Origin: an uncultured virus (IMG/VR IMGVR_UViG_3300037467_002795)
Taxonomy: Duplodnaviria; Heunggongvirae; Uroviricota; Caudoviricetes
Strand: one strand, 5' to 3'
IMG/VR virus record: IMGVR_UViG_3300037467_002795
Length of the DNA: 64,000 nt
Below, piece after piece: positions 39,920 through 48,962 of the stretch. Positions within the stretch are counted from its first letter, which is position 1; the number at the start of each line of letters is the position of its first letter. The notes beneath the pieces are model-generated. The model saw only the letters and a list, made by a program, of their open reading frames with translations. It did not search any database and had not been told where the DNA came from. The position numbers and the translations under genes are program-made.

Positions 39920-40788
39920 TTGACGCTGGGCGGTTCCGCGGCAAACGAATTCTCGTCGTCGGCGACCTGATGCTGGACGTGGACATTCGCGGTCGCATTG
40001 ACCGGTTCGACGCCGCCTTCCCCGAATGCCCGGTGTTCACGGAGACTCACCGGGAATCCCGACCGGGCGGGGCCGGGGCCGTTGCGGCGATGGTCGAGGT
40101 GCTTGGCGGGGTCGTCCAGCTCGTTGCCGGTCCGGCCTCAATCAAGACCCGATTTTTGGTCGACGGCCGTCAGGCCTGGCGGCACGATATGGACACTTCG
40201 GGCGGGTTAACCACCGACCCCGTTCATCTCGTGTCTGAGGTGGATGTCGTCCTGGTGTGCGACCACGGGAAGGGCACTCTTACTGAATCTCTCCTGCCGG
40301 AACTGATGGCGACTGCGGGCCGGCACAACGTGCCCGTTTTGGTCGACCCGGCCCGGGGACGGCCCTGGGACATTTATCAGGGTGCGACCCTCATCAAGTG
40401 CAACGAGCATGAGTTGGCCGGGATAGCCCCGGTCACCGTCATTACGAAAGGCGGGGCCGGCTTGGAACTCTGGATGTCGACTCAGTCAACAGGACCGGAG
40501 GTCCGGCAGTTGGCTTCGCCAACGGGAGTGAAACTCCCACAGTCACCATTGGCGACCGGAGCGCAGCTCCGGCAGGGAAGTGAGGTGTCCATCGTCCCCG
40601 CCCGCCCCTCCCGAGTTGTCGACACAACCGGGTGTGGGGACCAGGTACTCGCCGTGCTCGGGCTGTGCGCCGCGGCCGGCATTGGCTGGCTCGAGGCCTG
40701 TCGGTTGGCGGTCGTAGCCGCCGGACTCCAGGCCGAGCGGCGGGGGGCGGTCCCGGTCCGACCGGACGAAGTCCGGTCCGGTGTATGA
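39916..40788 (+). CDS. Heptose-7-phosphate kinase (RfaE/HldE domain I, PfkB family)
   Basis: ILVVGDLMLD, PGGAG, KTRF, DHGKG, VLVDP, IKCNEHE, DTTGCGD. Confidence 0.88.
   Translation: MIDAGRFRGKRILVVGDLMLDVDIRGRIDRFDAAFPECPVFTETHRESRPGGAGAVAAMVEVLGGVVQLVAGPASIKTRFLVDGRQAWRHDMDTSGGLTTDPVHLVSEVDVVLVCDHGKGTLTESLLPELMATAGRHNVPVLVDPARGRPWDIYQGATLIKCNEHELAGIAPVTVITKGGAGLELWMSTQSTGPEVRQLASPTGVKLPQSPLATGAQLRQGSEVSIVPARPSRVVDTTGCGDQVLAVLGLCAAAGIGWLEACRLAVVAAGLQAERRGAVPVRPDEVRSGV
40504..40588 (+). repeat. 85-bp multi-hairpin element, copy B, in frame inside the heptose kinase
   Basis: 73/85 identity to the reverse complement of 12131-12215. Confidence 0.9.
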
Positions 40789-40818
40789 GCCCTTTCGGAG
40801 AGTGTCTCCGGAGGAGCC

Positions 40819-41802
40819 GTGGCTGTATATCAGTGTAACTGCGAAGGTGCCCGGTCCCCGACCTGCCCGCACTGTTGTTCCAGATGGCCCACCCCGCGGG
40901 AATTTCTTCCGGGTGTGTTCGACCCGTTGACCTGTCCGTACGGCTCCCCGGCCCCCGCCGCCTCTCACCACGAAGCCCTGTGTGAACTAGCCGGCCGCCC
41001 GCTAGCCCCACCGCCGATGGGCGGGGCCGCCGTCCTCTACTGTGGCGAAGCCACGTACTGGACCATGTTGGCCGCCTCGGTCCGTGTGCTTCGGGACGTG
41101 GGCTGCACGCTGCCGGTCGAGGTCTGGTGGCGGTCGTCGGCCGGGAGCATCCGTCCGGAGGACGTCGAAGGCCTGAACGTGCGGCTGGTCGACGCGGACG
41201 CGATTGCCCGGGACCACCAAGACAACCGGGTCCCTCCGCGGGACGGGGGCTGGCCCGCCAAGCTCTATGCGTTGACCCACACCTCGTACCGGCACATGCT
41301 GTTTCTTGATGCCGACGCCTATGTGGCCGCAGACCCGTCCGTCCTCCTGGGCACGGGCCCGTTCGCGGCCTGGGAGAAGGGACTGGATTCGACCCGCTGG
41401 GACCGACTCGGCTTCGCCGCCCGACCACCGAAAGCCCCCCGGGGTTTTCAGGGCGGTCAGTTCGCCGTCGACCGACTCCTGTGCTGGACGGAGCTCGTCG
41501 TCGCCCACTGGCTGTGTCAGCACCGGGACTACTACTTTCCTGCCGGAAAATCACCCACCGAATGGGCCATTTACGGGGATGAGGATGCCCTCCAGGTGAG
41601 CTTTGCCTTGTCGGCGAAGCCGACAAGGGTGAATATTCTCGGGTCGGTCGAATACCTGAACGGCTGGGGAAGCCTCTGTCGACACGAAGGCCGTGTTCTT
41701 GTTGAGCACCCGTTTCACAAAAAACAGGTCCCGCAAGGTACGCCCGGCGAAGCCCGGTTCTTTCGGCACTACGCGGCCGTCCTGACCGGGCGGGGGGACT
41801 GA
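40819..41802 (+). CDS. GT71/Mannosyl_trans3-like GT-A glycosyltransferase with a Cys-rich N-terminal tag
   Basis: VRVLRDVGCTLPVEVW, GWPAKLYAL, LFLDAD, GGQ, YGDED. Confidence 0.75.
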   Translation: MAVYQCNCEGARSPTCPHCCSRWPTPREFLPGVFDPLTCPYGSPAPAASHHEALCELAGRPLAPPPMGGAAVLYCGEATYWTMLAASVRVLRDVGCTLPVEVWWRSSAGSIRPEDVEGLNVRLVDADAIARDHQDNRVPPRDGGWPAKLYALTHTSYRHMLFLDADAYVAADPSVLLGTGPFAAWEKGLDSTRWDRLGFAARPPKAPRGFQGGQFAVDRLLCWTELVVAHWLCQHRDYYFPAGKSPTEWAIYGDEDALQVSFALSAKPTRVNILGSVEYLNGWGSLCRHEGRVLVEHPFHKKQVPQGTPGEARFFRHYAAVLTGRGD

Positions 41803-41803
41803 C

Positions 41804-43138
41804 GTGCCGACTCAAACGTACAGCACAGCCGGCACCTTTCACTGGGTCTGCCCGGACGGCGTGTTCTTCGTCACCGCGGCTAACACCGGGCCGGGCGGGG
41901 GCGGGGCGTCGACCACCGGGGCGGAAGGGGGCGAGGCCGGCGGGGGCGGCGGGGGCGAGTACGCCACGGCGACGGTTGCGGTCACCCCGACTCACACGTA
42001 CATGGTTGTCGTCGGGGCCGGCGGTCCGGCGGCTCCCTACGGGTCGAGTGGGTTCGACGGGTCCGGGCCGACCACCTTCAGCGGCGACACAATCACAGTT
42101 TCCGCGGATTACGGGCGGAAAGGGACAGGAACAGGAGGCGGGGCCGGTGGGTCGTCAGGAGGAACAGCCGGCGGGTCAGGCGGCTTCGGGGTCGGAGCAG
42201 TCGGGGGTGGTGGGGGGGGGAGCGGGTCGGCATCTGGAGTGGGTGGAAATGGTCAGCCGGACGGGACTGGAGGGATAGCTGGGACTGGCGGTGGAAATGG
42301 AGGTGCGGGTGGGGCACCTTCTGTCGCGGCCCAGAACGGGTTTTCTCCGGGTGGTGGCGGGGGTGGGGTGTACGCCGGGGCGGTTGGGAGCGGGGGGGAA
42401 GCTTCTCCGGCAGGGAAGGGAGCAGACGGACAAGTCGTACTGACCTGGGATGACCCCCCGACCAGCAGCCTTCCGCTCTATATTTGCGGGGCGTCCCCCG
42501 TCTCGGGCGGGCTGCCACTATGCGTGAGCGGGGACCAGGTTAAAAGTGGCGGGCTTCCCCTCGTCCTGCTCGGGTCGGCTCCCTTTTCGGGCGGCCTGTC
42601 ACTTGTCCTCCAGGGCCCGCACCCGTTCAGTGGTGGGTTACCTCTGGTGGCGGTCGGGGCCGGACCCGTTAGTGGTGGGCTGCCTCTCTTCCTACACGGG
42701 GCGACCCCTCTTTCGGGTGGGCTCCCGCTTTACGTCGGTGCGGCCTTCGCTGTGTCCGGCGGACTCCCCCTATTCACCAAGGGCCCGATGCCAGTGTCGG
42801 CCGGGCTCAACCTGTACGTGAAGGGGGCACCTCCCTCGGCCGCGGACGGCCTTCCCCTTATTCTCGTTGGTGACCAACCCTGGCGGCAAGACGGGTTACC
42901 GCTCGTCCTCTGGGGCTCCCCCATCGGGTACGAGTCGGCCGGGCTGAACCTGTATTTGAGGACCGGCGAGGGGGGTGGGTTACCGCTCGTGCTATTGGGC
43001 CCGGGTGCTCCCTCCTCTGCCGGAATCCCCCTGGTCATTACCGGGGCGACTGGCGTGACCGGCGGCCTCCCCCTCGTCATGGCGAGCCCGGTCGGGCCCG
43101 GCTCGGGACATCTTCCTCTGTACGTATGCGGGTGGTGA
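41804..43138 (+). CDS. Glycine-rich virion/fibre-like protein with 14-aa tandem repeats
   Basis: TYSTAGTFHWVCPDGV..GGGGG..GADGQVVLTW, then about 15 SGGLPLxxxG units. Confidence 0.75.
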   Translation: MPTQTYSTAGTFHWVCPDGVFFVTAANTGPGGGGASTTGAEGGEAGGGGGGEYATATVAVTPTHTYMVVVGAGGPAAPYGSSGFDGSGPTTFSGDTITVSADYGRKGTGTGGGAGGSSGGTAGGSGGFGVGAVGGGGGGSGSASGVGGNGQPDGTGGIAGTGGGNGGAGGAPSVAAQNGFSPGGGGGGVYAGAVGSGGEASPAGKGADGQVVLTWDDPPTSSLPLYICGASPVSGGLPLCVSGDQVKSGGLPLVLLGSAPFSGGLSLVLQGPHPFSGGLPLVAVGAGPVSGGLPLFLHGATPLSGGLPLYVGAAFAVSGGLPLFTKGPMPVSAGLNLYVKGAPPSAADGLPLILVGDQPWRQDGLPLVLWGSPIGYESAGLNLYLRTGEGGGLPLVLLGPGAPSSAGIPLVITGATGVTGGLPLVMASPVGPGSGHLPLYVCGW

Positions 43139-43139
43139 T

Positions 43140-44636
43140 GTGGCAGATTATCAGGTCAGTTTGAGTTACGCCGGACGGAAGCTGGTGCCCGCCGGGCAGG
43201 TGTCTTGGAAGCTGGTCCCGCAACGGTCCGCGGACGGCACTCGCCGGACCGGCGTCTTCCAAATCACGCTCAACGGCCGCCTGGTCGCCTTCAAGGGGAG
43301 TCCCGACCCGTCCCTGGGCGGCGATTTTTTCTGGCAGGGAAGCGGGTATCCGCCCGACCCCGACCCCGCCACGACCGACCCCTCGACGCGAGTGGCCCGT
43401 CTGCGAGACAAGATGGGTGCGCTCCGCGCACTGTTTAGTCAGGACGGGCAGACCTTTCTGATTCAGCCGGGCGACGGTTCGGCCCCCATCCGGTTCAACC
43501 CCCGTATCGGCGATATTGCGATTGATGAGGGGTCCTGGTTTCAAGATGCCAAGTACAGCATCTCGATGGAAGCCGACGTTATCTATTTCGGGACGACGGC
43601 TCTCGACGCCTCGCAGATGGGTCAGGCCGACAACGCCCCGAGCCACGAGTGGTCCACCGAGCAGGCGGACGACGTCGGGCGCATTTTCAAGGTCACGCAC
43701 ACGGCATCCGCGGTCGGCCGCCGGCAATACGACGGCAGCGGCAACGTGACGGCGGAGGGCTGGCAGGTCGCCCGGGATTTGGTCCTGGGAGGGCCACTGG
43801 CCGGGACCGGGGCCGCAACGCAGCTGGGGTTCGACTCGCAGTTTTTGACCGCGACCGGCGTTCTCAACCAGTCCTCGTTTCAGCCCTACAACTACGTGAG
43901 AGGCCAACAGGTCGACGGGCCGGGCGGGCGGTTCACGGTCACCGAGACCTGGACCTGTGTCGACCCGACCGCCGCGGGGCCGACCGGGCAGACTGCGGGT
44001 AAGGCGGTCGAAGATTTGACGGTCGAGAACCGGTATGATGTCGAGACGGGTTTATATACGGTCACGGCGAACGGGGTGGTGACGGGGCTCGAAGAACGAG
44101 ACCCGGTCACCCGCAATTTTATCCGCTCGCGATACGACAATGCTCAGCTTCGCTTCACGGCCATCACCCCGTCGGTGCTGCTGGGAGTGTGCCAGAACAC
44201 AACCGGGCTCACGCTCAACCCACAAGTAGTTTCGAGCACGATTGCCCGCAACAAAATCACCGGCGTTTTTCAATACTCGATGGTGTTTAACACGCGGGTC
44301 GGTAATACCGATGCGAGCTACCTGACCGAGTCCATCGAAATCGAATGGGAGAACCCGGCGGACGTGTTCGCGGAAATCGGCGTCGTGGGGCGGGCGGCCG
44401 GGCCCATCCTACAGGTGATTGGTTCGAAAACCCGGGCCGCGGTCACGGTCTCAGCCTCCATTCAGGTGCCGGTCGCCTATAACGTGTGGCCCACGATTCC
44501 CGTCTTTAATCCCTTGCCGTACGCCCTGACGGCCATCGGGCGGGTTCCCGCACAGATTTTCGTCGCGAGCGACAGGCCTCATTTTGATTTGAAGCGGGGT
44601 CATTATAGTCGGTCTACGACCTACGTATTTCAGTGA
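43140..44636 (+). CDS. Putative tail/baseplate structural protein
   Basis: Thr/Gly/Val-rich beta protein in the structural operon. Confidence 0.6.
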   Translation: MADYQVSLSYAGRKLVPAGQVSWKLVPQRSADGTRRTGVFQITLNGRLVAFKGSPDPSLGGDFFWQGSGYPPDPDPATTDPSTRVARLRDKMGALRALFSQDGQTFLIQPGDGSAPIRFNPRIGDIAIDEGSWFQDAKYSISMEADVIYFGTTALDASQMGQADNAPSHEWSTEQADDVGRIFKVTHTASAVGRRQYDGSGNVTAEGWQVARDLVLGGPLAGTGAATQLGFDSQFLTATGVLNQSSFQPYNYVRGQQVDGPGGRFTVTETWTCVDPTAAGPTGQTAGKAVEDLTVENRYDVETGLYTVTANGVVTGLEERDPVTRNFIRSRYDNAQLRFTAITPSVLLGVCQNTTGLTLNPQVVSSTIARNKITGVFQYSMVFNTRVGNTDASYLTESIEIEWENPADVFAEIGVVGRAAGPILQVIGSKTRAAVTVSASIQVPVAYNVWPTIPVFNPLPYALTAIGRVPAQIFVASDRPHFDLKRGHYSRSTTYVFQ

Positions 44637-44686
44637 GTTACGCTTCACTCCACGCTCGCTATTTTTAACGTGCCTGAGTTTCCCAA

Positions 44687-47644
44687 ATGGCATTTTTTCA
44701 GAGTCGGTTTTTCGGGTTAACTCTCCGCGATGTCAAGACTTCACTCGGGTGGGGAACGCAGCCGTCGACTTTGACGTGCCAGCTCGTCCAGGACGTCCTG
44801 AGCGGGGACCGGCTGACGGCTCCCCCCGTCGGCTCTCCTTGTTTTTTTGAGTTCGGTTCTTTGACGTTTTGGGGACTTCTCCAGCGATTGACGCAGTCCA
44901 ACGGGGTCGACGGCCAAGTCTACGAGGCCACATTGATTGACCCGCGAGAGGTGCTCGAGGGAGCTCAGGTTATCACGAGCGGGTACGCGGGGACCGTGCC
45001 AGGCGGGCTGGCCAACGTTTTTAATGTCTACGGATATTGGGAGGCCCGGGGGTTCGGGCTCTCACAGTCGACTCCGGCAGGGATGCCAGGGGCTCTGGTG
45101 GTCTCGGCTTTGCGAGACCTGGCGAATACCTCGGGGCCGGGGGCATTTGGTGGGCCCCTCAATTACAAGGGCTATCAATACGGGCTCGACCTGAGTCAGT
45201 TGCCGACACCACCGGGTTATTATCGGCTCCCGGGCGGGTCGATGAATCTTTTGGATTTGGTCCAGACGATTTGCGAGGATTCGGGCTGCGACTTTTTTGT
45301 GGAGCTGGTCGGCCTGACCATCGTCGTGCGGGTCGTCTCGCGGTTCTTCCAGCCACCGCTCGGGACCATTACGGCATTGGCCGCCGGAGCGACTTTCTCG
45401 GGTCAGGCGGTCCGGACCGAGGCCGGGGTTGAGGCCCGGAATGAGACGACGTCAGTTTTGTTGACTGGCGGGGAAAAGACCGGGGTTTACATTACGTCCT
45501 CGCTACTTTCGTACTGGGGGACGGACGTTCTTGGTAATCCGGTGGTCGGGACGGCCGGCACACTATCGCCGTTCGGGACGGTCGAGTTCGCGAATTTGAA
45601 TGCGGCCGACTGTGCGGATATCGTTGGGTCGACAACTTATCAGTGTAGCACTATCGAAATGCGGTTCGCCCTGTGGGGCGTGGAAATGTGGGCCGCTTTT
45701 GTCAATAAGTTCAAACCAGATATCGGGACCCTGATTGGGGATACGCTATATGGTGACAACGGGATTCCGTTCCCCGGAGGTGCCCAGCCGGACATGATTA
45801 AAGACGCCCCGGAGGTCGTCAACCAGAACGTTTCCGATGTGTTGGCCGACCGGAGAAGTCGGCTGTATGACTTGGTCCGGCGGTATGCCGAAGACTTTTA
45901 TGGTAAGCAGTTTTTGGTCCAGATTCCGGACATCGCTGCCAATATCGACCCCGAAACCGGCATTATCACTTCCTCGATGGAAGTGTCACAGGCCGGCTAT
46001 CTGGAATTTGGTGCCGCATCACTCGGCGTCCCAGAGACGCGACTGGACGTGCTCCAGCAGGAGGACGACCGGGTCGTGGCGTTCGCCTATTACCAGAACG
46101 TGGTCGGGGCGGACACCTCCCGCATGAACTGGGGTGAAACCGCCGTTGACGCGAACGGCCAACTCTGGTGTCGCGTGCAGGCATCCTCTCGGATTTTGTT
46201 TTTGCCCAATAATACGACTCCGTACGTACATGTCCGTCTCGGGGCCCCCCTCTACGACATCAACGCGGACCAGTTCGGTGACATAACGGTCCTTAAAAAC
46301 ATTTTCGGCCCGAATATTGACGAGACTGCAATCCAGAACGTGAACACATCTCTGACCGGAACGGTCGGGTATTGCGGAGTGCATCAGGCGGCCCGTTACC
46401 CAGCGGCCATCGGGGTGCCACTTAAATCAAATGTGGAAGTGTATGGACCATGGTTTATCGCCGGAACCCCCGGACGAGTGCGGGTCGAACAAGACCCCTC
46501 CCTGACCCCCTGGGATTACGGGTCGGCCGACGTGATGAATTTGGCCGGACAGGCTCGTGTACAGACTACGGTCACCAACCAGACCGTCCAGGAGTCAGGT
46601 GGGATTGTCGTGGCCGGAGCTCCGTCGTGGTCGCTCGGCAACACCATGACGACCGGGGGGCCGAACCTGACGAACCTCGAGGTGCAGTTCGGGCCGCAGG
46701 GGGTGACGACCTCGTATCGGTTCCAGACCTTTACCCCGCGGTTCGGCCTGTTCGCTCGGCAAAACGTCGAGCGGATTCGCCGATTGGCCCTGAGTGCGGT
46801 CGAGCAGAGGCGGCAGATTCGACGGGCACTCAACCGGGCCCTGATTGCGGCTTCGACGTTCGATAGGGCGGCCCGGGGAGCGAAAGCCAACAAGGAGTTC
46901 TGGAATAAAAAGCAGAGCCCGCACACCGTGCTTATGGCCCAGTCCATCGCAAACGGGGATGATACGCGAGCGTTTTCCGGGACCGAGACCTACGAGACAT
47001 CGCTGTCGCTACTGAATCAGGGCGGCAGCTTTACGGACCGGGCCATCATGTCTCTGTCGGGGTTGGTCCGCGGGTTTTCCACGAACCGCAGTGGGGGCAC
47101 AAAACTGGCCTACTACCCGCAGGTGGTCGGGTCCTCCTGTCCGATTACGCAGACCACGCTCGACCCGTTCCAGGCCGGGAACGATGTCGAGGTCCTGGCG
47201 TGGGGACAGAGTTATAGCGGGGCTCATGCCTACCGGCGGGGGGCGACAGCGGGCGACACACGGGCCCTGGCACTCCGCGGACCTCTGGTCGTCGCGGGGT
47301 GGGGCTGGGGGATTGATGGGAAGCCGGTGCCAGGAGACGGAAATGGTGGGTTCGCCTCGAATTATCTGAGACGGTCTGACCTGTGGCCGGCGGGCCCGCT
47401 CGAGGTGTTCTGGGACAAATGGAGGGGTGTCTGGACCGGACAGGCCCTTTTGTCAGCGGTCAACGTGGGGGACGTGGGAGCCGGCGGGACCGGCTGGGTG
47501 AATGTCGTGGGGTATACGGCACAGTCTCCGGGGCATGTACAGGTTTTCAACCAGTGGTCGAGCACGATTAAGGCCGGCAAAAAGTGTTTAATTAGCTGGG
47601 TGGGCAACGAGGGACGATTTCAGTTTGTCGCGGTGGATTGTTAG
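44687..47644 (+). CDS. Putative tail hub/baseplate protein (985 aa)
   Basis: SLGWG..STLT..LV.D, LLDLVQTICEDSGCDFFVEL, AGPLEVFWD; structural context. Confidence 0.6.
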   Translation: MAFFQSRFFGLTLRDVKTSLGWGTQPSTLTCQLVQDVLSGDRLTAPPVGSPCFFEFGSLTFWGLLQRLTQSNGVDGQVYEATLIDPREVLEGAQVITSGYAGTVPGGLANVFNVYGYWEARGFGLSQSTPAGMPGALVVSALRDLANTSGPGAFGGPLNYKGYQYGLDLSQLPTPPGYYRLPGGSMNLLDLVQTICEDSGCDFFVELVGLTIVVRVVSRFFQPPLGTITALAAGATFSGQAVRTEAGVEARNETTSVLLTGGEKTGVYITSSLLSYWGTDVLGNPVVGTAGTLSPFGTVEFANLNAADCADIVGSTTYQCSTIEMRFALWGVEMWAAFVNKFKPDIGTLIGDTLYGDNGIPFPGGAQPDMIKDAPEVVNQNVSDVLADRRSRLYDLVRRYAEDFYGKQFLVQIPDIAANIDPETGIITSSMEVSQAGYLEFGAASLGVPETRLDVLQQEDDRVVAFAYYQNVVGADTSRMNWGETAVDANGQLWCRVQASSRILFLPNNTTPYVHVRLGAPLYDINADQFGDITVLKNIFGPNIDETAIQNVNTSLTGTVGYCGVHQAARYPAAIGVPLKSNVEVYGPWFIAGTPGRVRVEQDPSLTPWDYGSADVMNLAGQARVQTTVTNQTVQESGGIVVAGAPSWSLGNTMTTGGPNLTNLEVQFGPQGVTTSYRFQTFTPRFGLFARQNVERIRRLALSAVEQRRQIRRALNRALIAASTFDRAARGAKANKEFWNKKQSPHTVLMAQSIANGDDTRAFSGTETYETSLSLLNQGGSFTDRAIMSLSGLVRGFSTNRSGGTKLAYYPQVVGSSCPITQTTLDPFQAGNDVEVLAWGQSYSGAHAYRRGATAGDTRALALRGPLVVAGWGWGIDGKPVPGDGNGGFASNYLRRSDLWPAGPLEVFWDKWRGVWTGQALLSAVNVGDVGAGGTGWVNVVGYTAQSPGHVQVFNQWSSTIKAGKKCLISWVGNEGRFQFVAVDC

Positions 47645-47645
47645 T

Positions 47646-48209
47646 GCAGTTCCGGCAGGGAAGGGAGTAGTTCGGTGTATTTTCCTGTGGATACTGTCTA
47701 AACGCCACAGGGACCAACCATGACCTCTCAACTCCTTCCGCCTAACTCACCGGATGACGCGGAGGGATGCCTGCACCGAACCGTCATATCCCTCCAGGTC
47801 GACGACGACGTGCCAGTGACCCCGGTGCGGCGGGGCCATCTTCACCGGGCTGACCAGAGCCAACCCACCGCGAAACTCGTACGAGTCCCCGCGGTCGTAT
47901 TTGGCGAACTCGTGGTGCTCCAGAAGGCGGACGTTGGCCTGCTTATCGAGGCTGATTTCGATGACGCTTTCTGGGCCAATAATTCCCAAGTCGCGGTGCA
48001 GATAAACCATCATGACACGCCCTGGGGTGACGGTCAGTTCGCCTGACGGGTAACGCCGGCACTATTCCGGCCGTCCTCGTATCGGCATGACAACACGGCG
48101 AGTGTAACGAGAACTTATGGTCGACGCCAGAAAAAACTTGTCGTGACGGCGGAGAGGCCGACCGGAACGCAGTTCCGGCAGGAAAGGGAACAAGGGTAGT
48201 CCGGTGTAT
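47646..48209 (+). repeat. Direct repeats (47646-47680 and 48169-48209) flanking the DUF1883 gene
   Basis: GCAGTTCCGGCAGG(G/A)AAGGGA...GTAGT(T/C)CGGTGTAT occurs twice. Confidence 0.75.
47747..48013 (-). CDS. DUF1883-domain protein
   Basis: YLHRDLG..ANVRLL..F..Y..G..GG..SPV..P..GHWHVVVDL.G. Confidence 0.75.
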   Translation of the reverse strand: MMVYLHRDLGIIGPESVIEISLDKQANVRLLEHHEFAKYDRGDSYEFRGGLALVSPVKMAPPHRGHWHVVVDLEGYDGSVQASLRVIR

Positions 48210-48252
48210 GAGACTGGCACAGACTATGTCTATTTCCTGCCGGAAACTATAA

Positions 48253-48906
48253 ATGTCAGCTCAGATTACGTGGTGGGGGAGCGACGGCACGAACCTGAAT
48301 AGCTTAGCCGGCTCTGGCATCGGCTTTTACGGGGCCGGCGGGTTCGGTGCGTCTGTTACAATTGGAGATTTCAACAGTCGGTCCTTCGAAACAGACGCAA
48401 GCGGCCTTCTTCAAGGCAACGAACTCTGGAACAACAAATATTTGAACCCGACCGGGGTCATTCTCGGCCAAACCGGGTCGGGAATTCCACTTAACTGCAT
48501 CCCGAACCAACAAGCGGTGGTTAACCCTCGCTTCGTCGCGGATTCTCCTGTCCGTGTTCAAAACGCGACTTTCACGTTTTACGACCGAGTTTCCACGTCG
48601 AACCCGCCGTCTGGTCTTGTGGCTGTCGCGTACGAAGTCCGACATCCGGGCTCTGGCCAAACCCCCGACGGGTCTGGCGGGCCGGGCACGCCTGTTATCA
48701 GCGGGAATCACGCCTGGTGGCTGTGGGGGACCGGCACCCCCACTGGCGCAATGCCGCTTTCCGCCTCCCCGGGGACAAGCGGTCTGAGCCCGAGTGGGTC
48801 GAGTACAGTCGACACTCGCCATGACTATTATCTAAGTATTAGTACGAGCCCAACCACAACGGGCACAAAGCTATTTGCGTGTTCATTATACTTAGAATAT
48901 CTTTAA
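48253..48906 (+). CDS. Putative virion structural protein
   Basis: GSGIGFYG..FGASV, SASPGTSG, HDYYLSISTSP, YLEYL. Confidence 0.6.
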   Translation: MSAQITWWGSDGTNLNSLAGSGIGFYGAGGFGASVTIGDFNSRSFETDASGLLQGNELWNNKYLNPTGVILGQTGSGIPLNCIPNQQAVVNPRFVADSPVRVQNATFTFYDRVSTSNPPSGLVAVAYEVRHPGSGQTPDGSGGPGTPVISGNHAWWLWGTGTPTGAMPLSASPGTSGLSPSGSSTVDTRHDYYLSISTSPTTTGTKLFACSLYLEYL

Positions 48907-48926
48907 TATATTATAGTAATTAGCCG

Positions 48927-48962
48927 AAACAAAGCCCGGCAATTTGCCGGGCCCTTTTGTTT
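48927..48962. terminator. Intrinsic terminator, probably bidirectional
   Basis: AAACAAA-GCCCGGCAA t TTGCCGGGC-ccTTTTGTTT between convergent genes. Confidence 0.8.

Noticed and set aside
40504..40588. Multi-hairpin element as a tRNA or tRNA remnant
   Set aside because: Loops are 3 nt, there is no TTC T-loop context, anticodon loop or CCA, and the favourable loops alternate between strands.
40442..41995. Long antisense or alternative-frame ORFs (e.g. 40442-41995, 13316-14359, 28425-29528)
   Set aside because: Arg/Pro/Gly-rich shadows of GC-rich genes that already have recognisable motifs.
47720..48046. Plus-strand 108-aa ORF downstream of a CGGTGTAT box
   Set aside because: It fully overlaps the recognisable DUF1883 gene in antisense. 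At most it is a remnant start.
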